Shown here one piece after another: positions 25,701 to 33,154 of a stretch of 64,000 nt of DNA (the first letter of the stretch is position 1; every line of letters begins with the position of its first letter). The notes beneath the pieces were generated by a model. The model was not told the DNA's origin, ran no database searches, and was given only the letters and a program-made list of their open reading frames with translations. The translations under genes were made by a program, and so were the position numbers. This DNA is from Bacilli bacterium (GTDB lineage Bacteria > Bacillota_I > Bacilli_A > RFN20 > DUOF01). The DNA is taken from the NCBI GenBank assembly GCA_045118975.1, contig JBGVCT010000008.1, positions 2,300-66,299 on the forward strand, written 5' to 3'.

Positions 25701-26976
25701 AGCAGAAATTCAAAGAATTGCTATGGGTTGTGAAGGAGTTAAAAGAACTACTGGTCAACACCCAGGTGGTATTATAGTTATTCCAAATTATATGGATGTT
25801 CATGATTTTACTCCTGTTCAATATCCAGCAGATGATATGGATGCATCTTGGCGTACAACACACTTTGACTTCCATGCTATTCACGATAATGTATTAAAAC
25901 TAGATATCTTAGGTCACGTTGACCCAACTGCCTTAAGAATGTTAAAAGATCTTACTGGAATTGAACCAAAAGATATTCCATGTAATGATAAGGATGTATT
26001 CTCTCTTTTCACAAGTTGTGAAGCTATGGGAGTAACTAAAGAAGATATTTTAAATGAAAATGGTGTTGTAGGTATTCCTGAATTTGGTACTAACTTTGTT
26101 AGAAAAATGGTACTAGAAGCTCATCCTACTACATTTGCAGACTTAGTACAAATTTCTGGACTTAGCCATGGTACTGATGTATGGAATGGAAACGCACAAA
26201 CACTTATTCAAAATGGTACATGTAAATTAAATGAAGTTATTGGATGTCGTGATGATATTATGATAGTTCTAATTCAATATGGATTAGAGCCTTCTCTTGC
26301 CTTCAAAATAATGGAATCAGTTAGAAAAGGTAAAGGTCTAACTCCAGAATTTGAACAAGAAATGATCGCTCACAATGTTCCTGATTGGTATTTAGATTCA
26401 TGTAAAAAAATCAAGTACATGTTCCCTAAAGCCCACGCTGTAGCCTATGTTACAATGGCTATTCGTATTGCATGGTTTAAGGTTCACATGCCTCTTGAAT
26501 ATTATGCAACATATTTTTCTACTAGATGTGATGCTTTTGATGTAGAAACATTTGTAAAAGGACATGCTGCAATAAAAGAAAAATTCTTATCTATTCAAAA
26601 TAGACTAGCAAACTTTGAAACTGCTAAAGATGTTTCTAATAAAGAGCAAAGTTTATTAACAACTTTAGAGAGTGCAATCGAAATGACAGCAAGAGGATAC
26701 ACATTCTCTAATATAGATTTATATAAAAGTGATGCAGTTAAGTTTGTTGTAGACAAAGAAAATAAACAATTAATTCCACCATTTGTAGCACTTGATGGAC
26801 TTGGAGCAAACGTTGCAATGTCAGTAATTGAGGCTAGGAAAAATGGCGAATTCCTATCTATTGAAGACTTAGCTAGTAGAACTCAACTTAATGGTACTAT
26901 CATTAAGAATTTACAAGCACTTGGAGTCATAAAACTTCAAGAAAAGAATCAATTATCTTTAGACTTATTTGGATAA
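22708..26976 (+). CDS. polC: DNA polymerase III PolC-type (Gram-positive replicative polymerase with inserted 3'-5' exonuclease)
   Basis: About 1420 aa. PHP region HVHTKMS. DEDD exonuclease (FDLETTGL, HNAVFDYSF, HRADYDA). Zinc module CRECKY...CPKCG. Polymerase core GQHPGGIIV. Start set at the ATG after AGGTGA; the track start is 22699. Confidence 0.95.
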   Translation: MDRSLYEFLQKLNMEEHWYELLKNGSLKATEYNPSSKTFTIHLHFNQQIKPSIFFAIMEIKNKLKYNSTFKVTYENQNFDLEYLKGILKDVILVRYEGLAMAQALLNVNLTMDENNFYFYFDSPIQVEKFEKFKQEIESIYKFLGVNKTLVYKTKELDLSKAQEEINQLKTFEAPTTSKPKTEFVRKNDNIYEIEELVSSENYVTTRGKIFLVEAVERKKLIVTYYITNYKDSISVKCFESQRLTKEVLMSFKEGMWVEVGGRVGFDTFAKDEVFTANTIKEIEPLEEKRVDEEEEKRVELHVHTKMSNMDAVCDAGDYIKKAASWGHSAIAITDHGVVQAYPDAVKGSKGKDIKVIYGIEFYMVDEYDNHIFNPNDTNLEDATYVSFDLETTGLSSRADEIIEIGAVKHKNGMIIDRFQTFVNPHKKLSAFTTNLTSITNEMVESGLELEVAIPKFLEFCKDCVLVAHNAVFDYSFIKNAVYKLGLPEITNPIIDTLPISRHMYSEYRSHTLGSIARRYNIDYDEEVAHRADYDAQILSEVFEVMLNDIVNKKGISIHKDIATMQDPTNFARKRPIHVIALAKNQEGVKDLYGLVSKSHIEFYNEVPVIPRGTLAANRQNLLLGSSCLNGEVFDTAMTKNYEDLKNVASFYDYLEVQPLSNYKHLVDTCSVENIDRIKLIINYIIEAGKELNIPVVATSDAHYVDPNQKLFRDVYISAQAIGGKHHPLYDFKHRIKDNPDQHLRTTKEMLDEFSFLAPELAKEIVVTNTNLISNMIEKVAPLKDGTYSPRIENDKEELTRICWETAHKLYGEELPEIVKARVDKELASIIGNGFAVMYYIAHKLVKKSNDDGYIVGSRGSVGSSLVAHFTGITEVNALPPHYICRECKYFELADPKVYRSGYDLPEKVCPKCGKPLHGEGQDIPFETFLGFKGDKVPDIDLNFSGEYQPTAHDFTKVMFGEYNVYRAGTIGTVAQKTAYGYVKGYFEDKGTLDNIRKAEIQRIAMGCEGVKRTTGQHPGGIIVIPNYMDVHDFTPVQYPADDMDASWRTTHFDFHAIHDNVLKLDILGHVDPTALRMLKDLTGIEPKDIPCNDKDVFSLFTSCEAMGVTKEDILNENGVVGIPEFGTNFVRKMVLEAHPTTFADLVQISGLSHGTDVWNGNAQTLIQNGTCKLNEVIGCRDDIMIVLIQYGLEPSLAFKIMESVRKGKGLTPEFEQEMIAHNVPDWYLDSCKKIKYMFPKAHAVAYVTMAIRIAWFKVHMPLEYYATYFSTRCDAFDVETFVKGHAAIKEKFLSIQNRLANFETAKDVSNKEQSLLTTLESAIEMTARGYTFSNIDLYKSDAVKFVVDKENKQLIPPFVALDGLGANVAMSVIEARKNGEFLSIEDLASRTQLNGTIIKNLQALGVIKLQEKNQLSLDLFG

Positions 26977-26982
26977 AATAAA

Positions 26983-27019
26983 AACAATGGATTACTTTAA
27001 ATCATCCATTGTTTTTTTA
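26983..27019 (+). terminator. intrinsic terminator of polC, embedded in the 3' end of the convergent rpe gene
   Basis: 10-bp stem AACAATGGAT/ATCCATTGTT (26983-26992 / 27004-27013) followed by T7. Confidence 0.7.
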
Positions 27020-27630
27020 TTTAAATTATTAGCAAGATATGTGCCTACTATAATTACATCTACCCCAGCCTGTTTAACTAATTTTGAAGTTTCTGCATTT
27101 ATACCACCATCTATAGAAATAAGATAATGATAATTATTTTGTCTCTCTCTTAAGTATTTAACCTTGTCTAAACTACTTTCTATAAATTTTTGTCCACCCT
27201 TACCAGGTTCAACACTCATTATTAATATATTATCTAAATATGGAAGATATTCTTCTAAAACTTCAACATTAGTTCCTGGTTTGATACTTATACCAACTTT
27301 AACCTCGTATGTTCTAATCTCATTTATAAGTAACATTATTTCTTCTTTTTTTACAGCCTCATAATGGAATGTTATGCTTTGAGCACCAGCTTTAGCATAT
27401 TGCTTTATTTCTTCAAGAGGATTTTTACACATCAAATGAACATCGCTATATAGTTTATTATAAGTATTAATCTCTTTTACTAACTCTGCTCCAAATGTTG
27501 TATTAGTAACAAATTCACCATCCATTACATCAAAATGAACCCAGTCTCTATTAGTTAAAGTGTTATATTCCATTATGGCCTCTTTATAATTTTCATTAAG
27601 CAAACTTAAAAAAGAAAATGCAATTATCAT
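26992..27630 (-). CDS. rpe: ribulose-phosphate 3-epimerase
   Basis: HFDVMDGEFVTN, HLM, the MSVEPGKGGQKF motif and DGGIN. Confidence 0.9.
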   Translation of the reverse strand: MIIAFSFLSLLNENYKEAIMEYNTLTNRDWVHFDVMDGEFVTNTTFGAELVKEINTYNKLYSDVHLMCKNPLEEIKQYAKAGAQSITFHYEAVKKEEIMLLINEIRTYEVKVGISIKPGTNVEVLEEYLPYLDNILIMSVEPGKGGQKFIESSLDKVKYLRERQNNYHYLISIDGGINAETSKLVKQAGVDVIIVGTYLANNLNKKTMDDLK

Positions 27631-28490
27631 ATCTTTTTCCCTCCACTTATATCTTTTAATAATCTCAAATAATTCTCATAAGATTCTTTTAAAATTATTC
27701 CATCATTAACTTCTTCTTTTATTTTACAACCAATTTCTCTATCATGCTTGCACCCTCTAAATTTACACTCTCCAAAATTTTTGAATCCAGGATAGATACA
27801 CGCAAGCCTAATAGAATCAACATCTAATTTTAACGAAGAAAATCCAGGAGTGTCAGCAACTAAGCCTCCACATATTTCCATAAATTCTACTTCCCTAGTA
27901 GTATGCTTTCCTCTTCCTAAACTATAAGAAATATCACCAGTTTTAAGATTCAAACTAGAATCTAAAGAGTTAAGTAAAGTTGACTTCCCCGCACCACTTT
28001 GACCAGTTAAAATGGTTTTTTTACCATTAAAAATTTCTTCAAGAACTTTTTTATTTTCTAAAGCCAAACTATTCCCATAATAGCACTCTATACCAATGGA
28101 TTTATAATAGTCTATGTACTTGATAAAGTCATTTATATTAACTTTATCGGCTTTAGAAAAATAAATAATTGGAGTTATCTCATTATCTAATATTTGAACT
28201 AATAACTTATCTAATAAATATGAAGAAAAGTCAGGATCTTTTAAAGAGGTGACAATTAGTGCTTGATCTATATTACTAACTGCAGGTCTAATAAGCGAAT
28301 TCTTTCTTTTTTCAACACCCTTTATATATCCTTTATCTCCTTCTAGTTCTTCATAAATTACTCTATCCCCTGGAACAGGTATAACTTTATAATCTCTTAA
28401 TTTACCAGAAGCATGACAAACAATTATTTTATTGCCTTCTTTTACATAGAAGTTTCCACCATTTACTTTTATTAAATCTCCACTAGGCAT
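27627..28490 (-). CDS. rsgA: ribosome small-subunit biogenesis GTPase RsgA (YloQ/CpgA)
   Basis: Circularly permuted GTPase (FSKADK ... GQSGAGKSTLLN ... DTPGF). C-terminal zinc knuckle CKFRGCKHDREIGC. Start moved to MPSGDLIKV. Confidence 0.9.
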   Translation of the reverse strand: MPSGDLIKVNGGNFYVKEGNKIIVCHASGKLRDYKVIPVPGDRVIYEELEGDKGYIKGVEKRKNSLIRPAVSNIDQALIVTSLKDPDFSSYLLDKLLVQILDNEITPIIYFSKADKVNINDFIKYIDYYKSIGIECYYGNSLALENKKVLEEIFNGKKTILTGQSGAGKSTLLNSLDSSLNLKTGDISYSLGRGKHTTREVEFMEICGGLVADTPGFSSLKLDVDSIRLACIYPGFKNFGECKFRGCKHDREIGCKIKEEVNDGIILKESYENYLRLLKDISGGKKI

Positions 28491-29361
28491 CTTTCTTACT
28501 CCACTTAAATAATTTAGAAAAGAATGTATCCTTTTGATTATTATCTCCTCCAAGATTCAAATCTTTTCTTAAATCCGCCATTGAGGCATATCTACTTCTA
28601 GGATCTTTACTACATGCTTTATTTATAATCCTATCAATTTTCTTATCTACTTCTACGCTATACTTTTTAACACTTGGAAATTGCTCACTAATATGTTTCA
28701 TGGCAATATTTACAGCACTATTATCAGTAAAAGGAAGCTTACCTGTTAATAGTTCAAAAAAGGTAACACCTAAAGAATAAACATCACTTTGTACAGTAGC
28801 ACTCTTACCCTCAGCAATTTCTGGGGCCATATAATGAACACTACCAATAACAATATCTTTTTGAGTTAAATGTGGTGCATCATTAACAAGGGCAATACCA
28901 AAATCACCAAGTTTAATACTACCATCATTTTTAATCATAACATTTTGAGGCTTTATATCACGATGAATAACACCATGTTCATGAGCATGCAAAAGCGCAT
29001 CAGATAATTGGTTAATGATATCAATTGCCTCAGCTTGCCTAAAACTACCTCTAGTTTTTAGTACATCTTTCAAACTTCTACCATTTACATATTCCATAAC
29101 CATATATGGCTTTCCTTGATATTCATCTACATCATATATTTCTATGATGTTTTTATGCTTCAAAGCAGCACTAGCTCTAGCTTCTCTTTGAAATCTTGCG
29201 ATATTAAGCGGATCCATTGATGTAGAATCTTTAATGATTTTTATCGCAACCTCTCTTTTTGTATAAACATCATTAGCCACATAAACTTGGGCCATACCGC
29301 CTTCTCCTAAAAAGGAAATAATATAATATCTATTCTTTAAACTCTTACCTATCAAATTCAT
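28483..29361 (-). CDS. Hanks-type Ser/Thr protein kinase, catalytic domain only (no TM segment, no PASTA repeats)
   Basis: GEGGMAQV...AIK, HRDIKPQN, DFGIA and YMAPE. The ORF ends about 20 aa after the kinase domain. Confidence 0.85.
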   Translation of the reverse strand: MNLIGKSLKNRYYIISFLGEGGMAQVYVANDVYTKREVAIKIIKDSTSMDPLNIARFQREARASAALKHKNIIEIYDVDEYQGKPYMVMEYVNGRSLKDVLKTRGSFRQAEAIDIINQLSDALLHAHEHGVIHRDIKPQNVMIKNDGSIKLGDFGIALVNDAPHLTQKDIVIGSVHYMAPEIAEGKSATVQSDVYSLGVTFFELLTGKLPFTDNSAVNIAMKHISEQFPSVKKYSVEVDKKIDRIINKACSKDPRSRYASMADLRKDLNLGGDNNQKDTFFSKLFKWSKKDA

Positions 29362-30086
29362 CTAATATCCTCCACTAAGATAACACTGATGTTATCTTTT
29401 CCGCCATTAATATTAGCTAAATCTATAAGTTCCATTGCCTTATTACTAGTAGTTCCAGGAGAACTAACAATTTTACAAATTTCTTTATCATCTATCATGT
29501 TATATAAACCATCACTACAAACAAGAAAATTATATTCTCCCTCAATCTCCTTTACTTGAACATCTAACTCACTTGGATCTGTAGAGCCAACTGCGCATAA
29601 AAGCATATTCTTTTTAGGGTGTATTTCCGCTTCTTTTTCATTTATATAACCTGCTTTTAATAGGGCATTTGTGAATGTTTGATCGTAACTGAATTGGGTA
29701 AATTCCTTGTGATTATAGCCATAAATTCTACTATCACCAACACTAGCATACAATTTGTAATCATTAGCAATCATAAGTCCAACAAATGTTGTCCCCATTC
29801 CCTCAAGCGACAAATCTTTTTTTGCTAATTCATTAATTTTATTGTTTGCATTAACAATAGCTTCATATATCCAATTTTTAGCGTCTTCTAAAGTAGTGAA
29901 TTTACTCTTTCTAAATTCACCTCTCATATATTTAACACATTCCATAGAGGCAATAGCGCCACCTTTGTGGCCTCCCATGCCATCACATAAAATATAAAGC
30001 CTTGTTCCATCAACTCTAGTTTCAACTGCAATACTATCTTGATTTTCTTCTCTGTTACCCTTATCAGTTTTTAAAGCCTCACTCAC
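29358..30086 (-). CDS. stp: PP2C-family Ser/Thr protein phosphatase (Stp/PrpC)
   Basis: NQDS, DGMGGHKGG, GDSR, SDGL and GGKDNISV motifs. Overlaps the kinase start by 4 nt. Confidence 0.9.
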   Translation of the reverse strand: MSEALKTDKGNREENQDSIAVETRVDGTRLYILCDGMGGHKGGAIASMECVKYMRGEFRKSKFTTLEDAKNWIYEAIVNANNKINELAKKDLSLEGMGTTFVGLMIANDYKLYASVGDSRIYGYNHKEFTQFSYDQTFTNALLKAGYINEKEAEIHPKKNMLLCAVGSTDPSELDVQVKEIEGEYNFLVCSDGLYNMIDDKEICKIVSSPGTTSNKAMELIDLANINGGKDNISVILVEDIR

Positions 30087-31137
30087 TAATTACACCCTCT
30101 TTTTTCGCTCTTAGTTGTCCACATGCAGCATCTATATCAGTACCAAACTCTTTACGGATAGTAACATTAACTCCCTTGCTCTTTAATCTTTCATAAAAAG
30201 CTCTTACATCCTTTTTCTCACTTCTTTTAAATTCATTTTCTTTTACTTCATTATACGGTATCAAATTAACATAAGCAAAAGTTCCCTTTAATAATTCAAC
30301 AAGTTCATCAGCATTAGTCAAAGAGTCATTTATACCCTTTAACAAGATATACTCAATAGTAACTCTCCTGTCAGCATTTTTAGAATATTCTCTAATTGCA
30401 TTAAATAGCTTATCAAGTGGATATGCCTTGTTTATTGGCATTATCTTATTTCTTGTTTCATCATTTGATGCATGCAATGAAATAGCAAGATTTACTTGTA
30501 AGCCCTCTTTTGAATAATCAATAATTTTTGTAGCAAGCCCAGAAGTTGACACAGTTATATGTCTAGCCCCAATTGCAAGCCCTTTTTGATCATTACAAAT
30601 TCTTATAAATCTCATAACATTATCATAGTTGTCAAAAGGTTCTCCACTACCCATAATAACAATATGGCTAACTCTTTCTCCTTTTCCCTCGTTATCAAGA
30701 TATTCTTGCATCTTCATAACTTGGCCAACCATCTCGTAAGCTTTTAAATCTCTTTGTTTCTTTAATAATCCCGAAGCACAAAACTTGCACCCCATATTAC
30801 ATCCAACTTGACTTGAAACACAAATAGCATTTCCATAATCATATCTCATCAAAACAGTTTCAACACTTTGCTTATCATCTAATTCAAGCAACATCTTAAC
30901 AGTGCCATCATAACTAACTTGTTCTTTTATAATAGAGGGAAGAGTTAAATTATATTTTTCTTTTAATACTTCTCTAAATCCAATAGAAACATCACTCATG
31001 TCCATAACATCTCTAACTCTTTTTTGATAAACCCACGAGAAAACTTGATTTCCCCTAAAACTCTTCTGCCCCAAGGAAATCATCTCATCTTGTAATTCTT
31101 TTAAAGTAAAATCATATAAACTCTTCATCTCTACCAT
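30079..31137 (-). CDS. rlmN: 23S rRNA/tRNA (adenine-C2)-methyltransferase RlmN (radical SAM)
   Basis: FRGNQVFSWVY, CNMGCKFCASG, GSGEP and the C-terminal DIDAACGQL. The alternative start MKSLYDF at 31128 has the better SD spacing. Confidence 0.9.
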   Translation of the reverse strand: MVEMKSLYDFTLKELQDEMISLGQKSFRGNQVFSWVYQKRVRDVMDMSDVSIGFREVLKEKYNLTLPSIIKEQVSYDGTVKMLLELDDKQSVETVLMRYDYGNAICVSSQVGCNMGCKFCASGLLKKQRDLKAYEMVGQVMKMQEYLDNEGKGERVSHIVIMGSGEPFDNYDNVMRFIRICNDQKGLAIGARHITVSTSGLATKIIDYSKEGLQVNLAISLHASNDETRNKIMPINKAYPLDKLFNAIREYSKNADRRVTIEYILLKGINDSLTNADELVELLKGTFAYVNLIPYNEVKENEFKRSEKKDVRAFYERLKSKGVNVTIRKEFGTDIDAACGQLRAKKEGVISE

Positions 31138-31141
31138 CCTT

Positions 31142-32575
31142 TTATTTTTTTCTTGGTAATTTTTTTAATTTTTCTATCTCTTCTAAAGTGTATTTTTTAA
31201 CATCTTTTTTATCACAATTCATAATTCTAGAAACGGACTTAGCAATCTTATCTAGAGGCAATATTTTATTTGCTTGAGCTATATTCATCGTAGAACTCAA
31301 ATGAACTTTAGATAACTCTTTTTTATATCTAGATAAAACAAAATTCATATATTCTAAAGTATGATCATAAACATTTGTTGAATCTCTTTCCTTTGCTGGC
31401 TCAATTATATTTCCAACCTTAGAAACAACCAGTTCTTTAACCTGTTTAGAAACAGCATTAACATACGCCTCTTCTAAATCTAAATACGCCTTATTATCAT
31501 TATAATATAAGCCTCTTTTACCAATAGCTTCGTTTATTCCCCCAAGATAATGAATAATCTCATGTACACAAGTATCGTTAAACTCAGTTGTATACAACAT
31601 CTCATTATTATTGAAAACAACATAACTTTCTAGACCATTGTTGCCCTCTATTTGAAAATTAACTCCATACACATTAGGATTATTGAATAAATAGGCAATG
31701 TTTGTAGGATCCACAACATAGCCTTTTGATTTTAAATCATCATATATATCAAAGATATTAGTATATCCTCTTAGTCCACTCTTACATTCTTTAACAAATG
31801 CATTATTATATTCTTTTTCAATAGAAAGAGCAGTGTTTTTGTCTAAATAAATCCCTCTTCTTTTTGCAACAGCTTCAAGTTCTTCTAAAGTGTCACCCTT
31901 TAACCCCGCAAATATATAAAATTTCTTTCTTAAATCATAGATATGATCCTTATACTCTTCACTACAATCCTTTAAGTCTTCTTCATCAAGAGTAAATGCA
32001 GATAGAGTGTCCCAACACCAAGAAAGATTATATGTATCTCTAATATTAATATTAAAATTATCTCTTAGTATATCTGCTTTAATTTTATTAGCTATATTAA
32101 TAACTTCACTTCTATAAATTTGACCTCTATTAATGTTATCTAAAACAGCCTTTACTTCGTAATCCCTTAAAAAATTCTTTATAGCACCTTTTACACTATT
32201 AAAAGCCGCTTTAGTAGCGTTTTTAAATTCAGGTTGACTAGAAACATATTCTTCAATTATTGGATTGATTACTTCATCAGATAAATCATAACTAGATAAA
32301 ATTAATCGTGACAAACTATCAGTTAATTCTTTTTCTCTTTTATCACTAATATATAAATCTTCAAACACATCACTAGCATATGCTCTAGCAACTGTATCCA
32401 AATCCACATTTACAAGTCTCTCTTTTTGATTATAGTAATCTTCATAAACATATAAATTTAAAAGAGAGATTCTATGCAATATAGGATTTGCACTCATATT
32501 AAGAAAAGATGCTATAGAGCTTCCTATAACTATTAACTTATCTTTTATTTGCTCTTCAACTACTTTAGCATCCAT
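31142..32575 (-). CDS. hypothetical cytoplasmic protein with an HExxH motif (possible gluzincin-type metallopeptidase)
   Basis: 477 aa with no signal peptide or TM segment. VHEIIHYLGG at aa 337-346, with acidic LDLEEA about 26 aa downstream. I recognise no other family signature. Confidence 0.35.
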   Translation of the reverse strand: MDAKVVEEQIKDKLIVIGSSIASFLNMSANPILHRISLLNLYVYEDYYNQKERLVNVDLDTVARAYASDVFEDLYISDKREKELTDSLSRLILSSYDLSDEVINPIIEEYVSSQPEFKNATKAAFNSVKGAIKNFLRDYEVKAVLDNINRGQIYRSEVINIANKIKADILRDNFNINIRDTYNLSWCWDTLSAFTLDEEDLKDCSEEYKDHIYDLRKKFYIFAGLKGDTLEELEAVAKRRGIYLDKNTALSIEKEYNNAFVKECKSGLRGYTNIFDIYDDLKSKGYVVDPTNIAYLFNNPNVYGVNFQIEGNNGLESYVVFNNNEMLYTTEFNDTCVHEIIHYLGGINEAIGKRGLYYNDNKAYLDLEEAYVNAVSKQVKELVVSKVGNIIEPAKERDSTNVYDHTLEYMNFVLSRYKKELSKVHLSSTMNIAQANKILPLDKIAKSVSRIMNCDKKDVKKYTLEEIEKLKKLPRKK

Positions 32576-32591
32576 CTTACTTCACTCCTAA

Positions 32592-33098
32592 CTACTTATC
32601 TTTGTTTTCTTTATCCTTTGAATGACAAGTGCAATTATCTCCACACTTACACTCTTCTCCATCATGACAATGACACTCATCATCTTCACAATGACAACCA
32701 TCATGGCAATGACATTCATCATCTTCGCAATGGCAACCATCATGATCATGACAATGACATCCCTTACTTGGTGCCCCTTCAACTTTATAAGCAAAAATTA
32801 AATTAGTATCTACTATTTCATATCTAATTGTAAATTCACTTACAAAACCACTTAAGTACTTAGCTAAAATATTAGCTATCTCTTCCATACTTCCAATATA
32901 TTCATTACTAATTGTAATTAATGCTTCTACTTTAGTGTTAAAATCCACATCACCAAAAGCAAAATAATCTACAACTGCTGATTCATAAACAATATCCTTT
33001 TCATCTATCTCTAAAAGTGGAGCAATTTCCTTACTAGAATAATAAGAAATATACCCTGCTATATCACTTCTATTACCATTAATACTTATCTTAATCAT
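32592..33098 (-). CDS. hypothetical protein with an extremely Cys/His-rich C-terminal tail (probable metal-binding, metallothionein-like)
   Basis: 168 aa. An unrecognised ~110-aa N-terminal domain, then GCHCHDHDGCHCEDDECHCHDGCHCEDDECHCHDGEECKCGDNCTCH (14 Cys and 10 His in 46 residues). AAGGGGG RBS. Confidence 0.5.
   Translation of the reverse strand: MIKISINGNRSDIAGYISYYSSKEIAPLLEIDEKDIVYESAVVDYFAFGDVDFNTKVEALITISNEYIGSMEEIANILAKYLSGFVSEFTIRYEIVDTNLIFAYKVEGAPSKGCHCHDHDGCHCEDDECHCHDGCHCEDDECHCHDGEECKCGDNCTCHSKDKENKDK
32661..32763. repeat. 39-bp tandem repeat (about 2.6 copies) encoding the Cys/His repeat unit
   Basis: 32661-32699 atcatgacaatgacactcatcatcttcacaatgacaacc versus 32700-32738 atcatggcaatgacattcatcatcttcgcaatggcaacc (4 mismatches), then a partial third copy. 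Confidence 0.85.
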
Positions 33099-33154
33099 TA
33101 CATTTCCCCCTTATAATCAATCTTAGTATATCACACTTTATATTTAATTACCAA

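Noticed and set aside
31550-31564. The HEIIHYLGG motif of the 477-aa protein superficially resembles peptide deformylase motif 3 (QHExDHLxG), and the gene sits where def normally lies.
   Set aside because: The protein is about three times the length of Def. It lacks the GxGxAAxQ and EGCLS motifs, so the resemblance is most likely coincidental. Only a profile or structure comparison could revive the idea.
32661-32763. The 39-bp direct repeats as a possible CRISPR-like array.
   Set aside because: The repeats are contiguous with no spacers, lie inside an ORF, and encode the repeated peptide unit.
32549-32806. His-rich ORFs on the plus strand (85 aa) and in an alternative minus frame (68 aa), overlapping the Cys/His-tail region.
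   Set aside because: They are mirror or shifted-frame artefacts of the TGT/TGC/CAT/CAC-rich repeat. They have no RBS. The 168-aa frame has a strong RBS and a coherent N-terminal domain.
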